Below, piece after piece: positions 13,460-27,374 of a DNA stretch of 64,000 bases. The notes below the pieces were generated by a model. It was not told the DNA's origin. It saw nothing but the letters and a program-made list of their open reading frames with translations, and did no database searches. Origin of the DNA: Dendrobates tinctorius (taxonomy: Eukaryota). Every line of letters begins with the position of its first letter. Within the stretch, counting starts at the first letter, position 1. A program made the position numbers and the translations under genes. Where the stretch lies: assembly GCF_039654945.1 (NCBI RefSeq), contig NW_027361819.1:1364001-1428000 (forward strand). Direction: 5' to 3'.

Positions 13460-15780
13460 TGAAGTCCTGGTGCTAAGAAACAGGGAAGAATGAGGGACTC
13501 TGCCCCCTGGTGGAGGTGTGCAGGGCAGGCACAGTCTGACGGGAGTAGTAGTGAGGTGGTCGTCCTCGTGTAGACGGCTGCTCCGCCTGTGATAGCCGAC
13601 TCATTAAAACAAACTAAATGTTTGTGTCTCGTTGCCAGAAAGGTTTTATATTTCCAAAATATCATAGTTGATTTATTGGGAATTATATTCTTTAGAATCA
13701 GATCGCCACGGACAATGAACCAATGCCGGCATAATATCTTCCTAGCGGAGGCTCGGACTTCACTACAGGAGGTGATGAGACAAAATAGAAATTCAGCCAT
13801 ATTCTCAGTAGTTTTAGCATTTTTCCTCATCTAATCTCCTGTCCTTTTCTCTTTACTACATTCCTTCTGGGACGTCCGTCTGGAGGCGTCTGTAAGGATA
13901 TCTTCAGGGCAGCCATTAGTCAGAAACCTCTCTTTGTAGGAGACGTGCCTGTGTATTAGGCCACATGCACACATGGAGTGTTTGGTGAGTTTTTTACCCC
14001 AGTATTTGTAAGCCAAAACCAGGAGTGGAACGGTCACATGAAAAGGGTAAGGCTGTGTTCACACAGAGGTTTTTTTTTGCATTTTTCCTGAGGATTTACC
14101 AAAAAATCTGCTCAAAAAATGCTTAAAAGAAGCTTCCCATTCATTTTAATGCATTTTGCACTTTTTGTGCATATTGATGCGTTTTTTCGTGGTAAAAAAC
14201 ACAGTATGTTCATTAATTTCGTGGTAAATTTCGCATTTCTGGCTATTTTCTGTGTGTCTGGGGACGTGCGGCAAAAAAACGCACGTTTTCTGGGAAGGAG
14301 TCCGGTTTTTATGCAGAAATTTTCTGCATACGTGTGCACATAGCCTAATAGAAACATTTGCACCACTTCTGCATTTCTCACCGACTCCTTGTTTTGGCTA
14401 CAAATACTTTGGTAAAAAAGTCACCAAATACTCACTGTGTGCATGTGAGCTTAAAGTTCACGTCTAAGGTGCCATTCTTTCTGATCCCCCGATACTGGCA
14501 GTGTGGGAAATGTTTTATCCACTCCGGGAGACAATCATGACCAAATTATACAGAGCTGATAATATCCACATTTCTAAGTAATATGTATGATACAGTCTTG
14601 TCTGTAGGATTTTGTGAGATTGTGAGATCTAGAAATTGGACAGAAGAATAGGTCGGATTAAACACCAGACCTCACGGGGTCAATGTCAATCACCGAACAT
14701 AACATTCAGCTTCATGAACAGTAACTGAGCAAATGAGAAAAAAATCACTAATAAAAAGTTTATAAAAACAAATGCAAGCGATGAAGAGGGACTCAAAATG
14801 CCCCAGTAACAAGTTTACATAAACGGGCGTGAAACGAGACCCCATCGCACAACCCCTCGTCTGCCGGTAGGTCACATCCCCAAAGGAAAAATCATTGTGG
14901 CTCTAAATAAATCTGAGGCTATGTGCACACGATGCAGATTTGCTGCTGATCCGCATTGTGATTTACAGTACAATGTAAATCAATGGGAAAAGAAAAAGAT
15001 GTGTGGAATTGCTGCGGATTTAAAAAAAGTGCATGTCACTTCTTTTGTGCGGATCTGCAGCGTTTCTGGCCCCCTCCATGATAGAAATCCGTAGTGGCAA
15101 AAACTGCAGAAAATCCGCATAAAAACCGCGGCTGCGGATTCTGCCAGGAGATGTGGATTTTGTGCAGAAAATTCTGCACCACTTTTCCTACGTGTGCACA
15201 TAACCTAATACCCTGGATCAAAACCCCAATCTGATCCCGGGAAAGTTCTGTTATTGTACAAATATATTTCTATGGCTTCTGCACCCAAATTAGGCTGAAT
15301 ATTAGAGTCTAAAGAAATTACATCTAAAGTAAAAATTACACAGTGAGATGGTTCAGATGTGACCGAATTCATCTATAAGATGGGAAGAATCCCGTGAAAG
15401 TGATGGTGATTGTGAAAGAAAGGACGGAAGAAATAAATCAGTGTAGTGGGATAAATTCCAAGTGATTGACCCGATCCCCGAAATGATGGGACGTCTGGGG
15501 ATTATTAATATCTGTATGCAGGTTTGGCAAATAATAACAATGAGGTATTTGTATAGTTCTTCATTAATAACAAATCTCTGTCTCTTATGTAGAATTTCCG
15601 CCCGCTCTGCTGCTAAAATCACATTCCGATACTGGATAAATGGCAATCAGAGGAAATAGTCTGATAATGTCTTATCCCCGATATTCGCTGGGATTCAGAG
15701 GTGTTTGCAGTGAGATCCCAGATAGCGGCTCCTCCACCTTCATCAGCGGCCCTTATAATTGTATCCCCAGTGCTCCTTAA
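13460..15780 (-). pseudogene. Decayed Penelope-like RT relic (copy 2), interrupted by MITEs
   Basis: Same fragments as copy 1 (GCAMGS, FISDFFLI, RPIISGIGS, IIRAADEGGG); ends approximate. Confidence 0.8.
14917..15205. mobile_element. Harbinger-type MITE within PLE relic (duplicate at 33617-33905)
   Basis: TIR GGCTATGTGCACAC / GTGTGCACATA(A/G)CC; empty site AATCTAATACCC at 7804 and 58553. Confidence 0.8.
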
Positions 15781-17296
15781 CCCCTTCACGACATATGATG
15801 TACAGTTACGCCGTATGTCGGGTCCCTGCCTGTGATGGGGGATACGGACACAACGAGTGTAATACACATGTAACGCTGAGGCCGTGTTCACACTTAGTGT
15901 AGATGCTGCGTTTATTTGCTGAAGATGTGAATCCGCCTTTTTAACAGTATTTAATAGTGTAGAAAAGCTTTGATTCTGAGCTTAAAAATGCAGCAGCGTT
16001 ATTTTACATGCTTTTCTTTAGGCTCCAGATAGAAGTCTATAGAGGGGAAAAAGCACCAAAACCGCAGCGTTCAGCAGGGTCTTTGGACCACAGGGGACGA
16101 AGATTTCAGGAGATCACGTTCACTTTGCTTAGACATTTAGACCATGTTCACATGTAGCAGAAATGTAGATTATTTTCTGCACAGAAATTCTGCTGTTTAT
16201 CTCCAAGCAAAGTGGATGTGATTTCATGAAAATTGCGCCCCTCGGTGGCCTAATGACGCTGCTGAATTCTGCGGTTTTGGAGCTGTGTTCTTCTCTCTTG
16301 TCTTCTATGTGAAGTCTAAAAAAACACAAATAGAAAACTGCAGAAACTTTATTAAGTTCAGAATCAAAGCTTTTCTGTACTATAAAAAAAACACATTAAA
16401 AACGCGGCCTCTAGTGATGAGAGAACGTGCTCGGTAAGGTGTTATCTGAGCATGCTCGGGTGCTAACAGAGTGTCTTCAGCGTGCTCCAAATATATATCA
16501 GAGTCCCCGCAACTGTTTCACATCCGTCCTGGAGACAGCGGACAGTCCCGGCTGTCTGCTGATTGTCTCCTGCCAGGGTGGAACAAAATGGTAAATGGGT
16601 GTGGTTAGGGGTGTGGCCATGGGCGTGGTTTACCTTTGCCAGGCGCACTGTGCGCAGCATAATTTCTTCCTCTTTCTGTTCTTAAACAGTTGGGAATGCT
16701 GAACATGTGAGCGTGGCCTTAGACACAGCGGGCAGCAGTTCTCATGAAATCACATCCACGTTGTTTGCACAGTTAGGTCGTGTTCACACGTAGCAGAAAT
16801 GCTGCTTTTTTCTCTGCAGAAAATCTGCTGCGTTTAACTGTCCAAGCAAAGTGGATGTGATTCCATGTGACCTCCTGTCCGCTGTGGTCTAAAGACGCTG
16901 CTGAACGCTGCAGTCTTGGGGCGTTTTATCTTTATGAGGAGCCTGAAAAAGACACAAAAGACACAGTTGTATTTCTAATGCTGATGTCGACAGTAGCATC
17001 TGTTTATTGTAGTAAAGGGTCACCCTGTTTGTCCCTATCAGCACCCCATGATTGTGATCACACGGTGCCAATGGCAGACATGATCACCCCAGGCGGAGTA
17101 TATATATATATACAGTGTATACTATGCCACTCATAATCTTGGAGCAATTCATTGCCCATTACTCTGTGACGAGCTTTCCAGGTGTTTTTTATTGGCTCAC
17201 CCACCATTAATGTTTGTACTTATTATGTTGGATATTTCTTCTCTTAAAAATTATTCAATAAAGATCATCAGTCACGCTTTATCCACATCTGCTTAA

Positions 17297-19247
17297 GGCT
17301 AGTTTCAAATTAGCGTTTTTTTGCGCAGCGCATCGTGCGCATAAAAAACGCAAAGAAAAACGCAAAACAAATGTGCGTTTTTTTTTCATCATGCGCACGC
17401 TGATGCGTTACTTGCGTTTTACATGCGTTTTTGCATGCGGTTGCGTTTTTTATGCGCATGCGTTTTTAGGTGTGACATTTCACAATAGAAAAATCCTTGA
17501 CCACCAATGGGTCACCAGTGGGCGTGTGTCATTGGAATGTTTTATAGACCCTGTACTGCTGAATTCATCAGATTTTGCTGCTGTTTCCGGTGTCAAGATG
17601 GACCTGCGTCTGGATAATTTCCGCTTCAAGCTGGATCTTGACATTGCGCTGTCTCAGGCGTATGTCTTTTGTTGCCAGCAAGAAAGGGAGAGGGACAGAC
17701 GGCAGCGGCGTAGGTTTTGGAGGCATCCAATCATCGAACTCCGGCCAAGCCGTGGAGCATATCACACGCTGTACAGCGAGCTACAGGAAAACCCGGAGAA
17801 ATTTGCTGACTATACACGGATGTCCCAGGAAAGCTTCCTTGACTTGCTGGGTATGGTTGAAGGAAACATCCGGAGAAGGGACACTCAGCTCCGGCGTGCC
17901 ATTCCTCCCGAAGAAAGGCTCCTTGTCACCTTACGGTATGTATGTTGTTATGTTTGCATAATTTTTTTGGCTTTTTTTTTTTTTTTTTTGTCCAAAAAAT
18001 TTGGTTTTTTTTGGCTATTGAATTTGAACATTATTTTTGGGAAATTGCTTTTTTGCATAATGGTTTTTCTTCTGTCATGTACTAATCCCAAGCCTTTATA
18101 AAATGTTTTTTTGCTATGTTGTATTAAAAAAACATGCAAAATAGTTAGGCCATGTACTTTTTTATTTTCAGTGTTTTTAGTAATACTCAAGACAGAAATA
18201 CAATTATTTTTTCTTTTTATGTTTGGCAGGTTCCTGGCAACTGGAGAGAGTCTTTCATCCCTGCATTTCCAGTACCGGCTGGGAATCTCTACTTTATCCG
18301 GGATTGTTGCCGACACCTGCAGGGCTCTGTGGGATGTTCTGTGTCCGGAGTTTCTGCCATTGCCCACTGCCGAAAAGTGGCTTCAAATATCGGACAAATT
18401 CTGGGCAGTCTGCAATTTCCCGAACTGCCTAGGAGCGGTGGACGGGAAGCACATCCGCATCACAAAACCCGCAAGAAGTGGCTCCGAGTACTACAACTAC
18501 AAGAAGTACTTTTCCACAGTCCTAATGGCCATTGCGGATGCAGACTGCCGGTTTGTGGCGGTGGACATAGGGGCATTCGGACGGGGCAACGATTCCCAGA
18601 CTTTTAAGAACTCTGATATGGGCTGGAGGTTGTACGCCAACCATTTCAATTTTCCACTGGCACGGCCTCTTCCCCAAACCCAAACTCCACCACTGCCATT
18701 TGTAGTGGTTGGGGATGAGGCATTTCAGATGTGCCCAAACCTGCTGAAGCCGTACTCCAGCCGTGACTTGGACCACCGCAAGAAAATTTTCAACTACAGG
18801 CTTACGAGGGCTCGCAGGACTGTAGAGTGCGCCTTTGGCATTCTAGTGTCCAGATGGCGAATTCTCAGCACCGCCATCAATCTCAAAATGGAAACAGTAG
18901 ATGAGGTGGTGAAGGCATGCGTGGTTCTCCACAATTTTGTTATGGCAAAGGAGCGGCCGAACTTTGACATGGATGAGCCTGCTGCCAACCCAGATTTTAC
19001 TCAGCACCCTCTTCGGTCCTCAGTCGAAGTTGCCCAAATGAGGGACCAATTTGCGGACTACTTTTTATCCGATGTTGGTCGTGTAGCATGGCAGGATCAA
19101 ATGGTTTAATAGTTTTCTTGTTTGTTAAAAATAAAATACATGGTTTTTTATACCTGTACCCAGTGTACTGTGTCTTAATAAACTCCACTACTCATCTGCC
19201 CAGGTTAAATTGAAGAAAGGGAAACCACCATAAAAAAAATAAATATA
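17297..19247 (+). mobile_element. Truncated PIF/Harbinger element (left TIR + transposase only), cut by duplication junction
   Basis: TAA|GGCTAGTTTCA.. left end as at 35998; identity with the full copy stops at 19247. Confidence 0.9.
17598..19109 (+). CDS. PIF/Harbinger DDE transposase, 2 exons (17598-17935, 18230-19109), ~405 aa
   Basis: GT..AG splice restores LLVTLR|FLATGE motif; catalytic GAVDGKH, VGDEAF, RRTVECAFG; no stops after splicing. Confidence 0.9.
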
Positions 19248-19405
19248 TGAAGCATTCCTAGTTCCCTCACAATCTCCTCATGAAATTACCTAATTTCCGG
19301 TCAGCTTCCAGCACATCACTTCCGGTGGACCGTCATGTGTGAGTTTTAAAATGCTCCTCTGGGCTCCACCGTGTACTCCTGGGTCCGTGGGAAAAGCCCA
19401 CTTTG

Positions 19406-21228
19406 TATGCTTCGTACACACTTGGCTCTGCTCCGTACATCCAGTACACATATGGCTCCACTCCGTACACACGACTCCGGTCCGTACACCCCGTACACAC
19501 GTGGCTCCACTCCGTACACCAAGTACACACACGGCTCCAGTCCGTACACCTCGTACACGTGCGGCTCTGCTCCATACACACGGCTCTGCTCCGTACACCT
19601 TGTACACATGGCTCCGCTGTGTACACCTCGTACACACACGGCTCCGCTCTGTACACCTCGTACACACACGGCTCCTCTCCGTACACCTCGTACACACGCG
19701 GCTCCGCTCCGTACACTTCGTACACACGCGATTCCGCTCCGTACACCTCATACACACACTGCTCCGCTCCGTACACCTCATACACATACGGCTCGACTCC
19801 ACTCCGTACACCTCGTACACACACGGCTCCGCTCCGTACACCTCGTACACACACGGCTCCGCTCCGTACACCTTGTACTCACGGCTCCGCTCCGTACACC
19901 TCATACTCACGGCTCCGCTCCGTACACATGCGGCTCCGCTCCGTACACCTTGTACACACACGGCTCTGCTCCGTACACCTCGTACATATTCGGCTCTGCT
20001 CCGGACACCTCGTACACACGGCTCTGCTCAGTACACCTCGTACACACACTGCTCTGCTCCGTACACCTCGTACACACACGGCTCTGCTCCGTACACCTCG
20101 TACACACACGGCTCTGCTCCGTACACCTCGTACACACACGGCTCTGCTCCGTACACCTCGTACACACACGGCTCTGCTCCGTACACCTCGTACACACACG
20201 GCTCTGCTCCGTACACCTCGTACACACACGGCTCTGCTCCGTACACCTCGTACACACACGGCTCTGCTCCGTACACCTCGTACACACACGGCTCTGCTCC
20301 GTACACCTCGTACACACACGGCTCTGCTCCGTACACCTCGTACACACACGGCTCTGCTCCGTACACCTCGTACACACACGGCTCTGCTCCGTACACCTCG
20401 TACACACACGGCTCCGCTCCGTACACCTCGTACACACACGGCTCCGCTCCGTACACCTCGTACACACACGGCTCCGCTCCGTACACCTCGTACACACACG
20501 GCTCCGCTCCGTACACCTCGTACACACACGGCTCCGCTCCGTACACCTCGTACACACACGGCTCCGCTCCGTACACCTCGTACACACACGGCTCCGCTCC
20601 GTACACCTCGTACACACACGGCTCCGCTCAGTACACCTCGTACACACACGGCTCCGCTCAGTACACCTCGTACACACACGGCTCCGCTCCGTACACCTCG
20701 TACACACACGGCTCCGCTCCGTACACCTCGTACACACACGGCTCCGCTCCGTACACCTCGTACACACACGGCTCCGCTCCGTACACCTCGTACACACACG
20801 GCTCCGCTCAGTACACCTCGTACACACGCGGCTCTGCTCCGTACACCTCGTATACACGCGGCTCTGCTCCGTACACCTCGTAGACACGCGGCTCTGCTCC
20901 GTACACCTCGTACACACGCGGCTCCGCTCCGTACACCTCGTACACACGCTGCTCTGCTCCGTACACCTCGTACACACGCTGCTCTGCTCCGTACACCTCG
21001 TACACACACGGCTCCGCTCCGTACACCTTGTACACACACGGCTCCGCTCAGTACACCTCGTACACACGCGGCTCTGCTCCGTACATCTCGTATACACGCG
21101 GCTCTGCTCCGTACACCTCGTAGACACGCGGCTCTGCTCTGTACACCTCGTACACACGCGGCTCTGCTCTGTACACCTCGTACACACGCGGCTCTGCTCT
21201 GTACACCTCGTACACACGCGGCTCTGCT
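19406..21228. repeat. 30-bp minisatellite (unit B), 720 bp longer than unit A copy
   Basis: A/B offset changes from 18236 before the array to 18956 after it. Confidence 0.95.
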
Positions 21229-23019
21229 ACATCTACCCTGTAAACCCCTCCTGACCCCACACATAATTCTCTCATCCAGCACCACAACACCAGCACAGCA
21301 GAGTCCTGCAGACACCATGAGGCAAGGCTGAGCGCACAGGACCTGTGATGAGGTCACAGGAGGGGCGGAGTCAATGGTCACATGATCAGGGGTCTGGACA
21401 AAGGCTACTGATCATGTGACTTTTTTTAAACAGCAGAAAAAAAGGCAGCAACACTTACCTGCCCAGGTCTAAGAACAAATGCACTGCAGGGTGCAGCCAG
21501 CCCATAAAGCAAGATGTCAGCAACACAGGTACAAAATACCAGATTAACAGCCACTCTCCACCTACCCATTCCTGGAGGGGGCGACTGCCCAGTATAAAAC
21601 TGCACAATAAAGGCCGGCATAGGGCGCTGTTCACACAAGGGAACTACACTGTGTCTGGCTCACAGCCTATTAGTCACGCCCCTACTATTCGACTAGGCGG
21701 GCTGGCCAGCACACCCTCAATGCATCCCAGTGTGAACACCCCTCATACGGGAACAAACGTGTTTGGGCTCGGCTGCACTCTGAAAATTAATATAGTGCAA
21801 TAAGTACACAATTAGTGAGGTATTAGCTGATATTTTGGCCAAAATACTTGAGCCCGTAAATTGCGCCAAAGTTCCTCATGCTTACGGGTCCCTACATTAA
21901 ACTAGTTATGTGACCCCCCCTGACTCCTCCCCTCCTGTGACCTCATCACAGGTCCTGTGTACAGAGAAGGGAGCAGGCAAGCGACGCTGTGGGTGGCTGC
22001 AGGGAGGTCTCATGCTAGGGCGAGGATGGGGTGCGTGGCGGCTCATCTCCCTGCAGTGCGGGACAGAAATATCCCGGGAGGGTTGGAAACTATAACCGCC
22101 GTGCACACAGAGGGCCGGCGGCAGGAACAACAGCCAGGCCAGTGGCCACATCAGCGGGCAAGCGGCCAGATGAACGGGCGCTGCCGCCCGCGGCCCACAT
22201 GACAGCGGCCCAGCGGGTAAATGCCCGGTTGGGCATATTACCAATCCGGGCCTGGGCTGGAGCATTAGTTCAGCCTCCTGCACATCGGAGCTCTGGACTC
22301 CCCCGGTGCAGGAGCTGCAGTACGGCCGCAGTGGATGGGGGCACATCGGGGGTCCGGAGCGCCGCTGTGCAGGGTAAACAGGGAGGGGACAGAGCACTAA
22401 ATCAGATCTGTGGCCCCTTCATTCTCAGGGTCTGTGACATATGGAAAGTATAGACCATAAATATATAAAAGGTACAAATTCTACGTACAGGACTCTCATC
22501 TCCACCAATCAGCTCTTCGTCTGTGGCCCTTGAGGAGTTTCTGTTGTATTTTTGCTGAATAATAAATGCAGCGTCTTGGACTATGTTCACACAGTGGGTT
22601 TTTTCTCCACAGGCACAATCTGCTCTCCTGGCAGTAAGAATCTTGTTTAAAAATCAGGTCTTGTATAGTTTTTGTTGCTTTTTTTCCTGTGTTTTTGTAC
22701 ATTTGTCTCTTGTGCATGCTGATAAAGTTTAGTGCATAAAAAAAAAATGGAAAATGCTGAGACGTGACCGGCTGCATCCTGCAAAATCCGAGGTATTCCC
22801 CAAAACACTGAGGACACAGACCGAGCCGTGTGCAGGAGATTTCTGACATCTCATAGACTTTGCTGGGACAGTAAAAGCTAAAATTTGCATAAGAAAACGA
22901 AGAAAAAACATAATGTGAACATAGCCTTACAGTTGTAGCAAAGTGGATGAGATTTATGGAGATTTCTTCCCCTCTATGCTCCTTTTTTGCGCAGAGTAAT
23001 CTGCCCGTTTCCACACTGT

Positions 23020-26000
23020 GAAGTCCTGGTGCAAAGAAACAGGGAAGAATGAGGGACTCTGCCCCCTGGTGGAGGTGTGCAGGGCAGGCACAATCTGACG
23101 GGAGTAGTAGTGAGGTGATCGTCCTCGTGTAGACGGCTGCTCCACCTGGAAAGCTGACTTATTAATACAATGGCGAGGCCAAACATGAGAATAAGTGTTC
23201 TGGTCCCGCTGCAAGATACGGTTTATATTTCCTAAATATTATATTTGATTTCTTGGGAATAAAGTTCTTTAGAATCCGATCACCACGGATACGGAACCAA
23301 TGCCGGCATAATATCTTCCTAGCGGAGGCTCGGCCTTCACTACAGGAGGTGATGAGACAAAATTGAAATTCAGCCATATTCTCAGTAGTTTTAGCATTTT
23401 TTCCTCATCTAATCTCCTGTCCTTTTCTTTTTACTACATTCCTTCTGGGACGTCCGTCTGGAGGCGTCTGTAAGGATATCTTCAGGGCAGCCATTAGTCA
23501 GAAACCTCTCTTTGTAGGAGACGTGACGTATATTAGGCCACATCTAAGGTGCCATTCCTTCTGATCCCCCAATACTGGCAGTGTGGGACATGTTTTATCC
23601 ACTCCAGGAGACAACACCTCCAAATTCCAGAAAGCTGCTAATATCCACATTTCTAAGTAATATGTATGATGCAATCTTGTCTGTAGGATCTTGTGAGATT
23701 GTGACATCTAGAAATGAGAGAGAATAGTTCGGATTAAACACCAGACCTCGCGGGGTCAGTGTCAATCACGGAACACAACATCCAGCTTCATGAACAGTAA
23801 CTGAGCAAATGAGAAATAAATCATCAATAAAAGGTTTATAAAAACAGATGCGAACGATGAAGAGGGACTCAAAATGCCCCAGTAACAAGTTTACATAACC
23901 GGGCGTGAAACGAGACCCCATCGCACAACCCCTCGTCTGCCGGTAGATCACATCCCCAAACAGGACTGCCACTAGGAATTTTGGGGCCCCATACTGGCAA
24001 AATTTTCAGGGCCCCATTGAGACTCCACCCCTCAAACTGTCCACAGTCCCACTGCTCTCTCTTGGAAAAACTCCACTTCTCACCTATCACACATTAACAG
24101 TTCCCATCACCAGATCACACATGTAGTCGGCAGCTTTTGCTTTGGACAAAAGATTTTTTTAAGCCGCCAACATAACAGGGTAGACTCTTTTGGCCGGGCT
24201 CTACTCTACTGTAACCTATTAAATATTTGTTAAAATATGCAATACACTGTAGGTATATTTTTATTTATTTTTCAATTTTTAAAATGACCAATAATATCAC
24301 ATACAAGGAACAAATACCGCTACACCATGACCAGACCACATATTACCACCACATAGTGACCTATAATACCACATACAAGGAACAAATATCACCACACCAT
24401 GACAAGACCACATATTACTACCATAGTGACCGAATAATATCATATACAAGGAACAAATACCACCGCACCATGCCCAGACCACATATTACCACCATAGTGA
24501 CAGAATAATATCATATACAAGGAACAAATATCACCGCACCATGCCCAGACCACATATTACCACCAAAGTGACCAAATAATAGCACACACAAGGGACAAAT
24601 ATCACCGCACCATGGCCAGACCACATATTATCACCACATGGTGACTGAATACTACAATACTGATCATTAATAAAAAAACATAATACTATCATCATAAGTG
24701 CCATTATACACAGGAGATCTTTATTTAGTATGCAGTGTCTGTGTACAGGTAATATAGTGATCAATGACATTATACACAGGAGCTCTGTATATAATGTACA
24801 GGTAACACAGTGATCACTGGTGACATTATACACAGGACCTCTGTATATATAGTATACAATGTATAGTGTCAGTGAACAGGTAACACACTAACTCACCAGA
24901 GACGTCTCTAGGTGAAGTCCTTCATCCTTGCTTTTCATCTTTCATCCAGCACAGACCGCCATCACATCTTTCAGCCAGGACTTGTCTCTGCAGGAAATAA
25001 CACAGTTATCTAGAGCTCCGCTTGCAGAAAACATTACTTATTTTTTCCCAACTTCTGCATTACACCACATGAAGAAAAAAAGGCGACATAGTGTCGATCT
25101 GCACAGTAACAGGACCGCCTCCCATTTAAAACAGTATCCTCAAAAAATTAAATACATCACTGCAGTAATAATATCCCTTAATTAGCCCCTATGGTAATAA
25201 TATCCCCCATCCTGACCCCCGTGTGTCTCATTCCTGGCTTTAGCCATATGTTCTCCCATCGCGCCCTCATGAGTATCCATTCTGCCCCCATATGATCTCC
25301 ATCGTATCTATCCTGGCCCATGATCCTGTGTGATCTGTGTCCAATCATGCCCCGTATCTCCATTCTGCCCCAGTCCAGCATTCTGCCCCATGTTCACCAT
25401 TCTGCCCCATGTTCAGCATTCTACCCCAGTCTCCAGCATTCTGCCCCATGTCCACCATTCTGCCTGCAGTCCAGCATTCTGCCCCAGTCTCCAGCATTCT
25501 GCCCCATGTCCAGCATTCTGCCCCAGTCTCCAGCATTCTGCCTCTGTCTCCAGCATTCTGCCCCCATGTCCAGCATTCTGCCCCCAGTCCAGCATTCTGC
25601 CCCATATCCAGCATTCTGCCCCATGTCCAGCATTCTGCCCCAGTCTCCAGCATTCTGCCTCTGTCTCCAGCATTCTGCCCCCATGTGCAGCATTCTGCCC
25701 CATGTCCAGCATTCTGCCCCAATCCAGCATTCTGCCCCATGTTCACCATTCTGCCCCAGTCCAGCATTCTGCCCCATGTTCACCATTCTGCCCCAGTCCA
25801 GCATTCTGCCCCATGTTCACCATTCTGCCCCATGTTCACCATTCTGCCCCATTCTCTAGCATTCTGCCCCATATCCAGCATTCTGCCCCATGTCCAGCAT
25901 TCTGCCCCAGTCTCCAGCATTCTGCCCCATGTCCAGCATTCTGCCCCAGTCCAGCATTCTGCCCCCATGTCCAGCATTCTGCCCCAGTCTCCAGCATTCT

Positions 26001-27374
26001 GCCCCAGTCTCCAGCATTCTGCCCCAGTCCAGCATTCTGCCCCATGTCCAGCATTCTGCCCCATATCCAGCATTCTGCCCCATGTCCAGCATTCTGCCCC
26101 AGTCTCCAGCATTCTGCCTCTGTCTCCAGCATTCTGCCCCCATGTGCAGCATTCTGCCCCATGTCCAGCATTCTGCCCCAGTCCAGCATTCTGCCCCAGT
26201 CCAGCATTCAGCCCCATGTTCAGCATTCTGCCCCATATCCAGCATTCTGCCCCAGTCCAGCATTCTGCCCCAGTCCAGCATTCAGCCCCATGTTCAGCAT
26301 TCTGCCCCATGTCCAGCATTCTGCCCCATGTTCAGCATTCTGCCCAGAGTCCAGCATTCTGCCCCAGTCCAGCATTCTGCCCCCGGGCCCCCTGGATCGC
26401 CGCTGTAAAAAAAAAAAAAAAAAGTTCTCCTTACCTGGCCGCGCTCCAGCGGCGGGCGAGGCTCAGTCCCTCCACGCTGCAGCGCGCTCTAGCCGGCGAC
26501 TAACACTGATGTCAGACGCCAGATATGTGCGCGCTGCGGCTGACGTCAGCTGCCAGCCTCCGATTGGCTGTCAACTGTTCACTATAGGGCCCGCATGTCA
26601 ATAGAGTTTAGCTGCCGCCTGCAGTGCCGCTAGCCAGGGCCCGGTTTATCTGCCGGTAGGGGCCCGGTGAGCAGAGGAGACCGGGCCCCATACGCCAGTC
26701 AGGGCAGTAATGCCCTGATGGCGGCCCTGTCCACAAAGGAAAAATCATTGTGGTTCTAAATAAATCTAATACCCTGGATCAAAACCCCAATCTGGCCCCG
26801 GGAAAGTTCTGTTATTGTACAAATATATTTCTATGGCTTCTCCACACAAATTAGGCTGAATATTAGAGTCTAAAGAATTTACATCTAAAGTGAAAATTAC
26901 ACCGTGAGATGTTCAGATGTGACCGAATTCATCTATAAGATGGGAAGAATCCCGTGAAAGAAAGGACTGGAGAAATAAATCGGTGTAGTGGGATAAATTC
27001 CAAGTGATTGACCCGATCCCCGAAATGATGGGACGTCTGGGGATTATTAATATCTGTATGCAGGTTTGGCAAATAATAACAATGAGGTATTTGTATAGTT
27101 CTTTATTAATAACAAATCTCTGTCTCTTATGTAGAATTTCCGCCCGCTCTGCTGCTAAAATCACATTCCGATACTGGATAAATGGCAATCAGAGGAAATA
27201 GTCTGATAATAATATGTTAGCGCTATATAAAAATAAAGATTATTATTATTATTATTATTATAATGTCTTATCCCCGATATTCGCTGGGATTCAGAGGTGT
27301 TTGCAGTGAGATCCCAGATAGCGGCTCCTCCACCTTCATCAGCGGCCCTTATAATTGTATCCCCAGTGCTCCTT
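23020..27374 (-). pseudogene. Decayed Penelope-like RT relic (copy 3), split by hAT insertion
   Basis: Duplicate of 4060-8415. Confidence 0.8.
23961..26729. mobile_element. Non-autonomous hAT-like element with minisatellite (25360-26383), duplicate copy
   Basis: Same TSD and TIRs as 5001-7770. Confidence 0.85.

Larger units (their letters stand above)
1012..19247. repeat. Tandem segmental duplication, unit A
   Basis: TGAAGCATTCCTAGTTCCC at 1012 recurs at 19248; all following content (minisatellite, hAT, TRIM, PLE relics, Harbinger transposase) recurs near-identically with offsets 18236-18960. Confidence 0.92.

Noticed and set aside
18111-18229. N-terminal extension of the transposase ORF in the track (also 36846-36964)
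   Set aside because: T-rich intron sequence; the true N-terminus comes from exon 1
19406-21228. CRISPR-like ~30-bp periodicity
   Set aside because: Head-to-tail units with no unique spacers, no cas genes, eukaryotic context
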